64,000 bases of DNA from Chloroflexota bacterium. GTDB taxonomy: Bacteria; Chloroflexota; Limnocylindria; Limnocylindrales; CSP1-4. A program made the position numbers and the translations under genes. The stretch covers positions 36,696 through 100,695 of the forward strand of contig JAZJZX010000004.1 of the NCBI GenBank assembly GCA_040389445.1, written 5' to 3'. The notes under the pieces were generated by a model. It ran no database searches and was not told the DNA's origin. It was given only the letters and a program-made list of their open reading frames with translations. This document shows positions 47,580-58,125 of this stretch, in pieces. Numbering within the stretch: position 1 is the stretch's first letter; each line of letters starts with the position of its first letter.

Positions 47580-47719
47580 CGTTCGCCCGGCTGCCACGGC
47601 CGCCGTGGCGGCCCCGGCTGCCCTGGTGGCGTTCGCCGGCCGCAGGTCCCATCACGGAGAAGCGCCCCGGCCCGTGAGGGTCGAGGCGCTTTCCGGGTGC
47701 GACGCGCCAGCACGGCTGG

Positions 47720-48052
47720 TCAGGCAGCGTCCTTCTTGAGGCCGAAGGCCGCCTCGAGCTCCTCGAGTCGACGGAAGCCGACGACACCGATCGGCTCCTG
47801 CCCCGGCCTGAAGATCGCGATCGTCGGGATCGACATGATGCCAAGGCTGCGTGACAGCCCCGGGTTGGCATCGATGTCCACCTTGACGACGTCGACCTCA
47901 CCGACGTACTTGACCGCCAGCTTCTCGATTTCCGGCGCGACCATCCGGCACGGGCCGCACCAGGCGGCCCAGAAGTCGACGACCACGGGCCGTTCGTTCT
48001 TCAGGACGAGGGCTTCGAAGGTCTCGTCGGTCGCGTGCTGGAGTTCGGACAT
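47720..48052 (-). CDS. trxA: Thioredoxin.
   Basis: The sequence MSELQHATDETFEALVLKNERPVVVDFWAAWCGPCRMVAPEIE has the WCGPC active site. The start is the internal Met of the 176-aa ORF. Confidence 0.85.
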   Translation of the reverse strand: MSELQHATDETFEALVLKNERPVVVDFWAAWCGPCRMVAPEIEKLAVKYVGEVDVVKVDIDANPGLSRSLGIMSIPTIAIFRPGQEPIGVVGFRRLEELEAAFGLKKDAA

Positions 48053-48284
48053 CAACTGGCTCCTTCGGCCGGCAGCTCGCACGGGCGGAGGGCCTGCAAG
48101 CCGTGGTCTTCGATCATCAACGTTCCGGGTGAGACTGCCATGGAAAACCTCTGGACCTCTGCCATCGCTCCCCGGAGGCGTATGCCCAAGGTGGATCGAT
48201 ACCGCAACCATGCGGCTGACGTGGCGGTCCGTCGGTTCGCTGGCGCACATGCCGGTGCCAGGACCGCGGCATCTGGCCGCGACG

Positions 48285-48415
48285 CCGGCGAGCGGCCCGC
48301 TCAGGCGTCGGCGAGCGGCCCGCTCAGGCGCCGGCGGGGCCCGCTCAGGCGCCTGCGTGGGCTCAGGCGTCGGCGAGCGGCCCGCTCAGGCGTCGGCGAG
48401 GCCCCTCAGGGCGGC
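48285..48415. repeat. Array of ~5-6 copies of a ~23-bp unit containing the near-palindrome GAGCGG-C-CCGCTC. It overlaps the crp 3' end and lies upstream of trxA.
   Basis: The unit gcgagcggcccgctcaggcgtcg is reiterated with minor variants. The crp stop codon lies inside one unit. Confidence 0.75.
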
Positions 48416-49042
48416 GAGATCGACGACGACGATCTCGTGATCCTCGATGCGGATGAGGTCATCGCGCTCCAGCGTGTTGAGCGCGAGGGTCACCGATTCG
48501 CGACGGGTGCCGATGATGTCGGCCAGCTCCCGGTGCGTCAGGCCGGGCACGACGCGATCGAGGTCGTCACGTCCAACCAGTCGGCGCTCACGCTCCAGAA
48601 ACGTGAGGATCAGGTGCGCGACACGGCCCTGGATGTCGCGAAAGGCAAAATCGGCGATTCGCTCACGAGCGTCCTGGAGCTTCTCGCCCATCGCCTCGGC
48701 GAGACGGATGGCGAGGGCCGGGTCGCGGCTGCAGACGCCGAGAAACGCCTCCCGCGTCGTCCGGCACACGACGGTCTCCTCGAGCGCCTCGACGGTCAGA
48801 TCCTGGGCGCTCGCGTCGACGATCCCGATCTCACCAAACGCATCGCCCGGACCGAGGAGCGCGATCGTCTGCGATTTGCCGTCGCGCGAGGTCCGGTAGA
48901 CCTTGACCCGCCCGGAAGTAATGAAGGTGACGGCCGACATCGGCTCGCCGGCGCGGTGGAGAATCGCACCCGCCGCATAGGTCGCCATGGCCGACTGGCG
49001 AGCCATCGACTCCACCGTGCGCTGATCGAGGTTGCGCATCAT
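48386..49042 (-). CDS. Crp/Fnr-family transcriptional regulator.
   Basis: It has a cNMP-binding domain (LLGPGDAFGEIGIVD) and a C-terminal HTH (HRELADIIGTRRESVTLALNTL). Confidence 0.8.
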   Translation of the reverse strand: MMRNLDQRTVESMARQSAMATYAAGAILHRAGEPMSAVTFITSGRVKVYRTSRDGKSQTIALLGPGDAFGEIGIVDASAQDLTVEALEETVVCRTTREAFLGVCSRDPALAIRLAEAMGEKLQDARERIADFAFRDIQGRVAHLILTFLERERRLVGRDDLDRVVPGLTHRELADIIGTRRESVTLALNTLERDDLIRIEDHEIVVVDLAALRGLADA

Positions 49043-49684
49043 GCGGCTGCCTTCGATATACCAGCAGCCGGGGGTCCGGTGGAGCGGATCCTTGCGGAGG
49101 ATGTGGACGCCGCGGAGCGGTGGGAGCGTCACGGGGTGGGCGGAGCCATCCGGGCCGCGGCGCGAAACGCGCGGCGCGGACTTGTCTGCTGGCTACGGCC
49201 GGAGTCCCACCCCGCGGTCAACCGAACCACGTCGATGCCTCGTCGTCCCTGGGTACTGCATCGTCGGAAATGACATCGCGGGTGTCGGGCACTCCCGAAT
49301 CCGTGACCCGAGGTCGTTCCGACGCCTCGGAAAGCTGGCCGCGATCCCGGGACCGGCGGGATCCGGATCCCATCCTGGCCCCGTGTGCAGGCCTGCGCCC
49401 GGGTACCTGAGGTTCGCCTGGATCACGTTTCTGCGGTTTCGCGGCCATCACGCTGATAGCTCCTTGACAGCCCGGTTGGCTCTCCCGGCCGGAGACTCCG
49501 GCATCGGGATGCTAGGCCGAGCCCGTGCCGAGGCGATGTGATCTCTGACACCAGAACCGTCCGGATCGCCGGCCGGCTTGTCGGCGGGTGCGCCAGCGCA
49601 CCGACACGGCCTGAACGCCCGCACAACCTGTGCTCAGGCCATGCCCGGACTGACCGGACAGGCCTTCAGCCCAAGGAGGCAGTC

Positions 49685-50641
49685 ATGGCATCCACCACGC
49701 ATACGCCGGCAATTCCGGTCGACGGATCCGGATCCGTCCCTTCAACATCGCTGCGACAGCGCGGCATCGGGCTCTCCCTGATCGGCCTCGGCGGCGCGAT
49801 GGTCGCCTTCGCGGGCTCGCTCAGCGCCGCCCAGATCACCGCCGATGGCGGCGCAGCGGCCGACGTCGCGGCCATCGGCCTGTGGACGTTCGGGCTCACC
49901 ACCGCGGCCTTCGGCACGGCGAAGTTCGGCATCGCGGCCACCCTTCTCGCGATCGTGCGGCGGATCACCGCTCGTGCGGACAGCATCAAATTCGCGCTGC
50001 CGCAGCTCAAGGCAGCGACCGGCCAGGTCATGGCGACCGGCGAGTACGACTCCCCGCTGGGGGCAGTCACGGTCACCGACGACGCTCCTGAGCCGTTGCT
50101 GATCCACCGATTCGCCGGGATCATGTGGCTCCCGATGCTCGCCATGGCAGCCATGGCACTCTACGGCGGCTTCGTGCTCTCGCTCGTTGCGTCCGGCAAC
50201 GTGGCCACCGACCCGCAGCTCGCCGCCTCACAGCGGGCCTGGGTCCAGGGCCTGCAGTTCCTCGGTGAGGGCCTCGTCCTGTCCGGCATCTCATTCCTTC
50301 TCGCCCGCATCCTCGGTGCCCTCCGGGCCAGCGGTGGCGAGGTCCAGACTTCGGTCGGACTGAAAGTTCACACCCTCCGCATGCCGGCCTCGGCCAAGGC
50401 CTTCGTGGTCCTCATGATGGCCGGGCTGATGGTCGAGATCGCCCAGCTCGTCGGCTACGCCTACGTGGCCGGGCTGAGCGACGCCGGCGAGATCGCCGTC
50501 GCCTCCACGTTCCTCGGGCCGTTGCGTGAGTTCGGCCTCGGCCTCCTCCTCTCCGGCATCGTGCTGGCGCTCGCCACCATCGCCCGGGCCCTGGACTTCC
50601 AGTCCACCCGGCTCGTCTCGATCATCACCCGCGGCCAGTAG
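49685..50641 (+). CDS. Integral membrane protein of unknown function (paralog A).
   Basis: The SD sequence AGGAGG lies 5 nt upstream of the ATG. It has multiple TM helices and is homologous to the next gene. Confidence 0.6.
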   Translation: MASTTHTPAIPVDGSGSVPSTSLRQRGIGLSLIGLGGAMVAFAGSLSAAQITADGGAAADVAAIGLWTFGLTTAAFGTAKFGIAATLLAIVRRITARADSIKFALPQLKAATGQVMATGEYDSPLGAVTVTDDAPEPLLIHRFAGIMWLPMLAMAAMALYGGFVLSLVASGNVATDPQLAASQRAWVQGLQFLGEGLVLSGISFLLARILGALRASGGEVQTSVGLKVHTLRMPASAKAFVVLMMAGLMVEIAQLVGYAYVAGLSDAGEIAVASTFLGPLREFGLGLLLSGIVLALATIARALDFQSTRLVSIITRGQ

Positions 50642-50669
50642 CCGCCCTCCTCCTGAAAGGGATCCTGCA

Positions 50670-51302
50670 ATGACCACGTCCATCCGGTCCGATTTCGACG
50701 TCGAGACCAGCACCGCCGCCTTCGCCTTCAACCTCCCCCAGCGCGCCGGGCGCCTCCTGTGGGCGCCGATGCTCGGCATGGCCCTCATGGCCTTTCCCGT
50801 CGGCCTGCTCATCGCCGGCGTTCGAGCCAGCACCATTCAGCAGGGCGGCGACGCCGCCACCATCGCGGCCCTCGGCCACTTCGGACCGGCCGTGATGTTC
50901 ATCGGCTTCGCCGCCGTCTTCGCCGCCGTCAGCTTCGCGATCGCCCGCATCCTGGGCACGCTGCGCAACGGCAGCGGACTCGTCCAGCAGGCCACCGGTG
51001 GGACCGTCCAGGCCCTCCGGATGCTCCCCACGGCCAAGGCCTTCATCGGCCTGATGGCGATGGCAATGATGATTCTCGTGGGAGCCGTGATTGCCCACTT
51101 CATCGTCGGCGCGGCGATCCTGGGCGGCGACGCGTCGGCCCTCGCTTCCGCCGAGACCTGGTCGATTCGCCTCGAGGCGGTCCGCCGGGTCGGTGTCATC
51201 GTCTACCTCGTCGCCATCACCCTGGGTCTGGCCACGATCGCCGAAGTGATCCGGTTCCAGGCCATCCGCCTCCGTGAGCTGCCCGCCGAGGCGGCCCGCT
51301 GA
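50670..51302 (+). CDS. Integral membrane protein of unknown function (paralog B).
   Basis: It shares clear similarity with the C-terminal half of the upstream gene (for example LGLATIAEVIRFQAIRL versus LALATIARALDFQSTRL). Confidence 0.6.
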   Translation: MTTSIRSDFDVETSTAAFAFNLPQRAGRLLWAPMLGMALMAFPVGLLIAGVRASTIQQGGDAATIAALGHFGPAVMFIGFAAVFAAVSFAIARILGTLRNGSGLVQQATGGTVQALRMLPTAKAFIGLMAMAMMILVGAVIAHFIVGAAILGGDASALASAETWSIRLEAVRRVGVIVYLVAITLGLATIAEVIRFQAIRLRELPAEAAR

Positions 51303-51388
51303 ACGGGCTGCCACCGCCCACGCCGCATCACGCAACGCAGTGACGGAGACGCTCTCCCCCTCGCTGCCGCCGCCAGACCTTCCGAACC

Positions 51389-51413
51389 GATGCCGCCGGC
51401 CCCCGGCGGCATC
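51389..51413 (+). terminator. Perfect GC-rich hairpin downstream of the membrane-protein paralog pair.
   Basis: GATGCCGCCGG-ccc-CCGGCGGCATC has 11-bp perfect arms and a 3-nt loop, 87 nt after the stop at 51302. There is no U-tract, but such tracts are often absent in high-GC genomes. Confidence 0.4.
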
Positions 51414-51557
51414 GGCATGTCTGTGACGAAGGGGATTGTCCGGCGAGCAGGAAGCCCGACATTGCAGGCCGGCCACAGGAGCAGTGGAAAGGCGTGATGG
51501 GCCACCTGATGTACGGTGTCGCAACAACGAAGAGGCAGGTGTGAGGGAGCACTGAAC

Positions 51558-52781
51558 ATGAAGCAGGTCACCGTGTACGGAGCTCCCTGGTGCCCGGACT
51601 GCCGCCGCTCAAAGGCGTTCCTCATGGAGCAGCGGATCCCCTTCACCTGGGTCGACATCGACGCCGACCCCGAAGGATTGCGCTTCGTCGAGGATCTCCA
51701 GCATGGCGGACGGACGATCCCGACGATCGTCTTCCCGGACGGTAGCCACTTGCTCGAACCGTCGAACGTGGAACTTGCCGAGAAGCTGGGACTCCAGCTT
51801 CGGGCGGAGCGGATGATCTACGACGTGCTGATCCTCGGCGGCGGACCGGCCGGACTCTCGGCGGCGATCTACGCGGCCAGGGAGGGCCTCGAGGCGCTCG
51901 TGATCGAGCGCGGTGCCCTCGGAGGTCAGGCCGGCACGACCGACCGCATCGACAACTATCCGGGGTTCGCTGAAGGGATCGGCGGCGCAGAGCTGGCCGA
52001 TCGACTGATCGCGCATGCGCGGCGCTATGGGGTCGAACTGCTGTCCGCGGTCGAGGTCTCCAGCATCCGGCGCGAATCCGATTGCGTGATGGTCACCTGT
52101 TCGTCGGGCCACATGTATGGCGCCGACGCCGTGATCGTCGCCACGGGATCGCAGTACCGCCGTCTGGGTGTCCCCGGCGAGAGCGGGCTCATCGGGCTCG
52201 GCGTCCACTACTGCGCAACCTGCGACGGTCCGTTCTACCGTGGCGCAAAGGAACTGGTCGTGATCGGCGGCGGTAACTCTGCGCTCGAGGAGTCGCTCTT
52301 CCTCGCCACGATCGCAGACAAGGTCACGATCCTCACGCGCGGCGAGCTTCGGGCAAGCGAGCTGGTGAAGGATGCGGTCCGCTCCAACCCGAAGATCGAG
52401 GTCCACACTGGGATGGACATCCTCGATTTCGAGCGGGCGGACGGGCGCCTCGGCGCGATTCTCACGCGCGAGCGGGCGACCGGTCACGATCGGCGCTTCG
52501 AGCCGGAGGCGGCATTCGTCTTCGTCGGCCTCGACCCGAACAGCCAATTCCTGCGCGGCTCGCTGGATCTGGACGAGCAGGGCTTCGTCGTGACGAATGA
52601 CGTCTACGCAACCTCTCTCGATGGCGTCTTCGCGGCCGGCGACGTCCGGGCGGGAGCCACCAAGCAGGTCGGCAGCGCCGCGGGCGAGGGGATCGCCGCT
52701 CTGCTCTCGGTCCGACGCTCGCTGGAGCGCCGCCATCTGAAGGCCTCGAGCATCATGGATGAGGGCGCCGTCCAAACCTAG
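51558..52781 (+). CDS. Thioredoxin-disulfide reductase with an N-terminal glutaredoxin/NrdH-like domain fused to it.
   Basis: The N-terminus reads MKQVTVYGAPWCPDCRRSKAFL (a CPxC glutaredoxin-like fold), followed by the TrxR body (LILGGGPAGLSAAIYAAREG, redox-active CATCDG, GGGNSA). Confidence 0.85.
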   Translation: MKQVTVYGAPWCPDCRRSKAFLMEQRIPFTWVDIDADPEGLRFVEDLQHGGRTIPTIVFPDGSHLLEPSNVELAEKLGLQLRAERMIYDVLILGGGPAGLSAAIYAAREGLEALVIERGALGGQAGTTDRIDNYPGFAEGIGGAELADRLIAHARRYGVELLSAVEVSSIRRESDCVMVTCSSGHMYGADAVIVATGSQYRRLGVPGESGLIGLGVHYCATCDGPFYRGAKELVVIGGGNSALEESLFLATIADKVTILTRGELRASELVKDAVRSNPKIEVHTGMDILDFERADGRLGAILTRERATGHDRRFEPEAAFVFVGLDPNSQFLRGSLDLDEQGFVVTNDVYATSLDGVFAAGDVRAGATKQVGSAAGEGIAALLSVRRSLERRHLKASSIMDEGAVQT

Positions 52782-53055
52782 GGGGTCCTCTCACGGGCGG
52801 ACGGGTTCCGCACGACCAGGGACCTTGGTGTCGGGAGTGGCATTGAGTTCGCGGGGCTCCTCGACGCCGTCGCTGGCCTCCCGGAGATCGGTGCGCTCGA
52901 GCGCTCGAACCGGGACTGAGAGCGGAGTCCTTCCTGGCCCAAGCGTGATACGGGGCACAGCGGACGGCCACGCCCAGTGGCACTGTCGATCGATCAACGT
53001 ACGACGGCGGTTCCCGCGCGAGAGTGCGGGTGCCGATTTCTGGAGCAACGCACCC

Positions 53056-53829
53056 ATGACGACCGAGACCCGCGGGCTTGTCCGCATCGAACCCGCCGCG
53101 AAGCGCGTTCGCGCCTTCCTCGGAGACACGGCAGTCTTCGACACCAGGCGCCCGACCCTGGTCTGGGAGGGCCCGCACTTCCCCGTGTACTACGTTCCGG
53201 CCGAGGACGTCACCGCGGACGTGCTCGTCCCCTCCGATCACATTGAGCGGTCGCCGAGCCGGGGCGAGTCCCGTTTCTGGTCGGTCCGGGTGGGCGACCG
53301 TTTGGCCGAGAACGCGGCCCGGCAGTATCCGGACTCCCCGATCGAGGAGCTCCACGGCCTGATCCGGTTCGAGTGGGGCGCCATGAACGCGTGGTTCGAG
53401 GAGGACGAGGAGGTCTTCACGCACGCGCGGGATCCCCACCATCGTGTCGACATCCTGCGCAGCTCCCGTCATGTCGAGGTGATCCTGAACGGCGTCACCG
53501 TTGCCGATTCTCATCGTCCGACGCTGCTGTTCGAGACCGGGTTGCCGACGCGCTACTACCTGCCACTGACCGATGTCCGAACCGAGCTCCTGCGCCCCTC
53601 GGGATTGGCGACAGGCTGTCCATACAAGGGAACGGCGGCCTACTGGTCGCTGGAGGTGCAGGGCGAGCGGTTCGAGGACGTCGTGTGGACGTACCCATCG
53701 CCCCTTCCGGAGAGCGCCCGGATCGCAGGGCTCGCCTGCTTCTACAATGAGCGGGTCGACATCCTGGTCGACGGCGTGCTCGAGGAGCGGCCGTTGAGTC
53801 CCTTCTCTCGTCGAGCGACGGCCGCATAG
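53056..53829 (+). CDS. DUF427 domain protein (two tandem DUF427 repeats).
   Basis: The segments VRIEPAAKRVRAFLGDTAVFDTRRPTLVWEGPHFPVYYVP and HHRVDILRSSRHVEVILNGVTVADSHRPTLLFETGLPTRYYLP are duplicated DUF427 units. Confidence 0.6.
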   Translation: MTTETRGLVRIEPAAKRVRAFLGDTAVFDTRRPTLVWEGPHFPVYYVPAEDVTADVLVPSDHIERSPSRGESRFWSVRVGDRLAENAARQYPDSPIEELHGLIRFEWGAMNAWFEEDEEVFTHARDPHHRVDILRSSRHVEVILNGVTVADSHRPTLLFETGLPTRYYLPLTDVRTELLRPSGLATGCPYKGTAAYWSLEVQGERFEDVVWTYPSPLPESARIAGLACFYNERVDILVDGVLEERPLSPFSRRATAA

Positions 53830-53903
53830 GCCGCCGACGAGACGGGAGCGCCCGGGCCGGGCATTCCACGCGCCCGCCGACCACTGCAACACTGAGATCG
53901 CCC

Positions 53904-54662
53904 ATGCCGGAATCCCTGGTCACGCGCCTGATCGCCGTCGGGATCGACATCGGTGGAAGCGGGATCAAGGGCGGGGCGGTGGACCTTGCGACGGGTCAAC
54001 TGCTCGGTGAGCGACTCCGACAGCCGACTCCCGTGCCCTCGACGCCGGATGCGGTCAGCGGGGTGGTGGCCGAGCTTGTCGCCCGGATCGCCGGTCCAGG
54101 GCCGGTCGGCGTGACCTTCCCCGGCGTCGTTCGGGCCGGCGTCATCGAGACGGCCGCGAACCTCGATCCGTCGTGGATCGGGGTCGATGCCGCGACCCTG
54201 TTCGGGCGCAGGCTCGGCCGGCCGGTTGTCGTGCTGAATGATGCCGATGCTGCCGGGATCGCCGAGATGTCGTTCGGGGCAGGCCGTGACCGCGCCGGCG
54301 TGGTCATGATGGTCACCCTCGGGACCGGGATCGGCAGTGCCCTGTTCCTCGATGGCAGGCTCGTCCCGAACACGGAGTTCGGGCACATCATCGTATCCGG
54401 CACGGACGGTGAGAAGCTTGCCGCAGCAAGTGTTCGTACGGCCTCGAATCTCACCTGGGACGCCTGGTCGGAACGTCTCAACGCATACCTGGCGCGGCTG
54501 GAGAGCCTGCTCTCCCCGGACCTGATCATCATCGGGGGCGGGATCAGCCGGGACCATGCCGAGTTCATGCCCCGCCTGCGAGCGCGGGCGGAACTGCTCC
54601 CCGCCCAGCTGTTCAACGACGCCGGCATCGTGGGTGCCGCACTCGCAACCACCGTCGGGTGA
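53904..54662 (+). CDS. ROK-family sugar kinase (polyphosphate glucokinase PpgK-like).
   Basis: It has VGIDIGGSGIKGG and LGTGIGSAL motifs, and at ~250 aa it is of PpgK length. Confidence 0.75.
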   Translation: MPESLVTRLIAVGIDIGGSGIKGGAVDLATGQLLGERLRQPTPVPSTPDAVSGVVAELVARIAGPGPVGVTFPGVVRAGVIETAANLDPSWIGVDAATLFGRRLGRPVVVLNDADAAGIAEMSFGAGRDRAGVVMMVTLGTGIGSALFLDGRLVPNTEFGHIIVSGTDGEKLAAASVRTASNLTWDAWSERLNAYLARLESLLSPDLIIIGGGISRDHAEFMPRLRARAELLPAQLFNDAGIVGAALATTVG

Positions 54663-54959
54663 CCTGCGGACCCAAGGTCGGGTGAGCGGCGGGGACCACA
54701 GCGGACGCGCCGCTCTGCCTCGAGGGTGGCCAGGGACACAGCCACCGACCCGTACGCTTGCTGCTCAGCCCGGTCTCGAACAAGAGAAAGCGGGCCCCAG
54801 AGGACGTTTCATGACGACGCTCGTCGCACAGCAGCTCAACCGGCCGGCACTCCATGCGAAGGTGATCCCGGCTTCGATCGGATTCAGGGCCGCCAGCTCC
54901 GTGGATCCCGCCCCGACGGTTCGTGCTGACCCGAGGAGCTCGTCTCGGGGCGCTTCAAG

Positions 54960-56366
54960 GTGACGTCCGCGCCGCGTGAGGCCGCCGACGTTCTCGTGAT
55001 CTTCGGGGCCACCGGCGACCTGGCCCGCAAGAAGCTGCATCCGGCGCTCTATCGCCTGACGACCCGTGGTCGCCTCGCGATCCCTGTCGTCGGGGTCGCG
55101 CGCTCCTCGTGGAGCGACGATCGGCTCCGTGCCTACGCCCGCGAGGCGGTCCGGACCCGGTATGGGGCCGTCCCGGACGCCGACCTCGACGCGTTCGCCG
55201 GCCAGGTTTCGTATGTGAGTGGCGACTACGGCGATCCCGCGACATACCAGCGCCTTCGAGCGAAGCTGGGTCCTGCGCGTCGCCCCATCTTCTATCTGGC
55301 GATTCCGCCCAGCATGTTCGACCAGGTGATCAGCGGCCTCATGGCGGCCGGTCTCCACGCGGGTGCCCGCGTGGTCGTCGAGAAGCCGTTCGGGCGCGAC
55401 CTGGCCTCTGCCCGGGAGTTGAACGCTTGCCTACACCGTGCATTCGACGAGCGCTCGATCTACCGGATCGATCACTATCTCGGCAAGGAAACGGTCCAGA
55501 ACCTGCTGGCCTTCCGTTTTGCCAACGCCCTCCTGGAACCGGTCTGGAATCGCCGCTACGTCTCGAGCGTGCAGATCACGATGGCCGAATCGTTCGGGGT
55601 CGAGGGCCGGGGGGCCTTTTACGAGGAAGTCGGCGCCCTGCGTGACGTGGTCCAGAACCACCTGCTCCAGGTGGTCGGCCTGCTGGCCATGGAGCCGCCG
55701 GTCGGAGCCGACGCGGACGCCCTGCGCGACGAGAAGGTCAAGGTCTTTCGCGCGACGACCTCGGTCGATCCGTTGGCCGTCGTGCGCGGGCAATACGATG
55801 GCTACCGTGCCGAGGCCGGCGTAAGGCCGGATTCGGATGTCGAGACCTTTGTCGCACTCCGACTCGAGATCGAGTCGTGGCGCTGGGCCGGGGTTCCCTT
55901 CTTCCTGCGGGCAGGAAAACGTCTCGGCGAAACCACCCTCGAGGCCGTCATCGAGTTCAAGGAGCCGCCCCGACTCCTGTTCGCCGAGGCGGGCACGCCG
56001 ATGCCGCACCCCAACCACCTCCGGTTGCGGCTCGGCGGTGGCAATGAGGGGATCGAGTTGTCGCTCCAGGCCAAGATCCCGGGCGAAACCATGCAGACGC
56101 GCCCAGTACCGCTCGCGTTCTCCTATGAGCAGGCGCTTGGCGAGCAGACCGAGGCATACGAGCGACTCCTGTTTGACGCGATCGAGGGCCGACAGGCGCT
56201 GTTCGCCCGTCAGGATGGGGTCGAGGAGTGCTGGCGCATCGTCGAACCGGCGCTGCGACCGGACCGCCCGGCGCTTGCCTACCCGTCCGGGACATGGGGT
56301 CCTGCTGCCGCAGATGCGCTGATCCTCCCCGTCGGCAGTTGGCACACCTCCGAGGCGGTCCGATGA
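54960..56366 (+). CDS. zwf: Glucose-6-phosphate 1-dehydrogenase.
   Basis: It has the NADP-binding motif [15 protein letters not shown], the active-site motif RIDHYLGKE, and DVVQNHLLQ. The start codon is GTG. Confidence 0.9.
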   Translation: MTSAPREAADVLVIFGATGDLARKKLHPALYRLTTRGRLAIPVVGVARSSWSDDRLRAYAREAVRTRYGAVPDADLDAFAGQVSYVSGDYGDPATYQRLRAKLGPARRPIFYLAIPPSMFDQVISGLMAAGLHAGARVVVEKPFGRDLASARELNACLHRAFDERSIYRIDHYLGKETVQNLLAFRFANALLEPVWNRRYVSSVQITMAESFGVEGRGAFYEEVGALRDVVQNHLLQVVGLLAMEPPVGADADALRDEKVKVFRATTSVDPLAVVRGQYDGYRAEAGVRPDSDVETFVALRLEIESWRWAGVPFFLRAGKRLGETTLEAVIEFKEPPRLLFAEAGTPMPHPNHLRLRLGGGNEGIELSLQAKIPGETMQTRPVPLAFSYEQALGEQTEAYERLLFDAIEGRQALFARQDGVEECWRIVEPALRPDRPALAYPSGTWGPAAADALILPVGSWHTSEAVR

Positions 56367-57043
56367 CCGCAGCGGGACCCTCGGTCGCGTTCCTGTTCGA
56401 TGTGGACAACACGTTGCTCGACAACGATCGAGTCCGGCGCGACCTGTCCGCGGCCATCGCCGGCGCGGTCGGGCCTGATCGAGGGGCGCATTTCTGGGAG
56501 CTCTATGAGGACATCCGGCGCGAGTGCGACTACGTCGACTTCCCGCACACCCTCGAGCGCTTCACGCTGACATATCCGGAGGAGCCGGGCTTCCCGGCCC
56601 TGGCCGACGCCGTGCTCTCCTATCCGTACCGGTCCGCCGCGTTCCCCGGAGCTCATGACGTGCTGCGTCGTGCCGGGTCGGTCGGTCGGGCCGCGATCCT
56701 CTCGGACGGCGACCCGGTGTACCAGCCCGCCAAGATCGCCCGGGCGGGCTTTGCCGAGGAGGTCGGCGGGCGCGTGTATGTGTTCGCGCACAAGGAAGAC
56801 CACCTGGCCGAGGTGCAGCGACGGCTGCCCGCGGACCTGTACGTGCTGGTCGACGACAAGCCTCGGATCCTGGCTGCCGCAAAAGACCGGCTGGGGGATC
56901 GCCTCATCACGCTGCACGTGTGCCAGGGCCGGTACGCCCATGCCGCGGAGCACGATGCCTTTCCGGCGGCGGATCGGTCCGTGGACGCCATCGCCGACAT
57001 CCTGGCCCTCGACCTCACTACGCTTCTGGAGTACAGCCGATGA
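56363..57043 (+). CDS. HAD-superfamily hydrolase.
   Basis: It has HAD motif [13 protein letters not shown]. The ATG overlaps the zwf stop (ATGA) and the stop overlaps the tal ATG (ATGA). Confidence 0.7.
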   Translation: MTAAGPSVAFLFDVDNTLLDNDRVRRDLSAAIAGAVGPDRGAHFWELYEDIRRECDYVDFPHTLERFTLTYPEEPGFPALADAVLSYPYRSAAFPGAHDVLRRAGSVGRAAILSDGDPVYQPAKIARAGFAEEVGGRVYVFAHKEDHLAEVQRRLPADLYVLVDDKPRILAAAKDRLGDRLITLHVCQGRYAHAAEHDAFPAADRSVDAIADILALDLTTLLEYSR

Positions 57044-58125
57044 ATCCCACCGCAACCCTTCGGGCGACCGGACAGAGCCTGTGGCTCGACAACATCACCC
57101 TTGATCTGCTCGCCAGCGGGACGCTCGAGCGCTACATCCGCGAGCTTTCCGTGACGGGCCTCACCTCGAACCCCACCATCTACGACAAGGCGATCGAGGG
57201 GACCGACGCCTACGACGGCCAGATCATCGCGGGTCAGGCCTCGGGCCTTGCCCCGGAGGACCTCTTCTTCGAGCTCGCACTCGACGACCTGCGGCGGGCG
57301 GCCGATGCCTTCCGGCCCGTCTTCGACCGGTCCGGCGGAGTCGATGGCTGGGTGTCCCTCGAGGTCTCGCCCCTGCTTGCGCACGACATGGCGGCAACCG
57401 TCGGCGAGGCCATCCGTCTCCATGCCCGGGCCGACCGCCCCAACCTCTTCATCAAGATCCCCGGTACGCAGGCGGGCCTGCTCGCCGTCGAAGAGGCGAT
57501 CCTCGCCGGCGTTCCCGTCAACGTGACCCTCCTGTTCACGGCCGGACACTACCTGGCCGCGGCCGAGGCGTACCTCCGGGGCATCGAGCGGCGCATCGAG
57601 GCCGGCCGTGACCCGAATGTCGCGTCCGTCGCGTCGGTCTTCATCAGCCGCTGGGACTCGGCGGTGGCCGGCATGGTTCCGGCGAACCTGCAGACGACCC
57701 TCGGTCTGGCCGTGGGTCGGGCGATCTACGCCGCCTATCGTCGGCTGCTCGCCTCCGATCGGTGGCAGCGGCTCGAGAACGAGGGCGCGCGTGCACAGCG
57801 GCTCCTCTTTGCGAGCACGGGGACCAAGGATCCGAAGGCCTCGGATACCCTGTACATCGCCGGGCTCGCAGCACCTCATACCGTCAATACGATGCCCGAA
57901 GGCACCCTCCTGGCCTTCGCGGATCACGGGGCCGTCGGGACGGTACTGCCGGCCGACGGCGGCGACGCCGGGCAGGTTCTCGCGGCCTTCGCTGCCGCCG
58001 GCGTCGACATCGAGGAGCTGGGCCGACGTCTTCAGGGTGATGGGGCGAGCGCGTTCGTCCAGTCCTGGGAACAGCTGCTCGCCTGCATCGAAGAGAAGAG
58101 CGCCATCGTGGGCCAGTCCCGATGA
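57040..58125 (+). CDS. tal: Transaldolase (actinobacterial long form).
   Basis: The sequence [42 protein letters not shown]...[10 protein letters not shown] matches transaldolase. Confidence 0.9.
   Translation: MNPTATLRATGQSLWLDNITLDLLASGTLERYIRELSVTGLTSNPTIYDKAIEGTDAYDGQIIAGQASGLAPEDLFFELALDDLRRAADAFRPVFDRSGGVDGWVSLEVSPLLAHDMAATVGEAIRLHARADRPNLFIKIPGTQAGLLAVEEAILAGVPVNVTLLFTAGHYLAAAEAYLRGIERRIEAGRDPNVASVASVFISRWDSAVAGMVPANLQTTLGLAVGRAIYAAYRRLLASDRWQRLENEGARAQRLLFASTGTKDPKASDTLYIAGLAAPHTVNTMPEGTLLAFADHGAVGTVLPADGGDAGQVLAAFAAAGVDIEELGRRLQGDGASAFVQSWEQLLACIEEKSAIVGQSR

Noticed and set aside
49455-49500. Possible sigma-70-like promoter (TTGACA at ~49465) upstream of the membrane-protein gene.
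   Set aside because: No convincing -10 element at the correct spacing. High-GC actinobacterial promoters are hard to call by eye.
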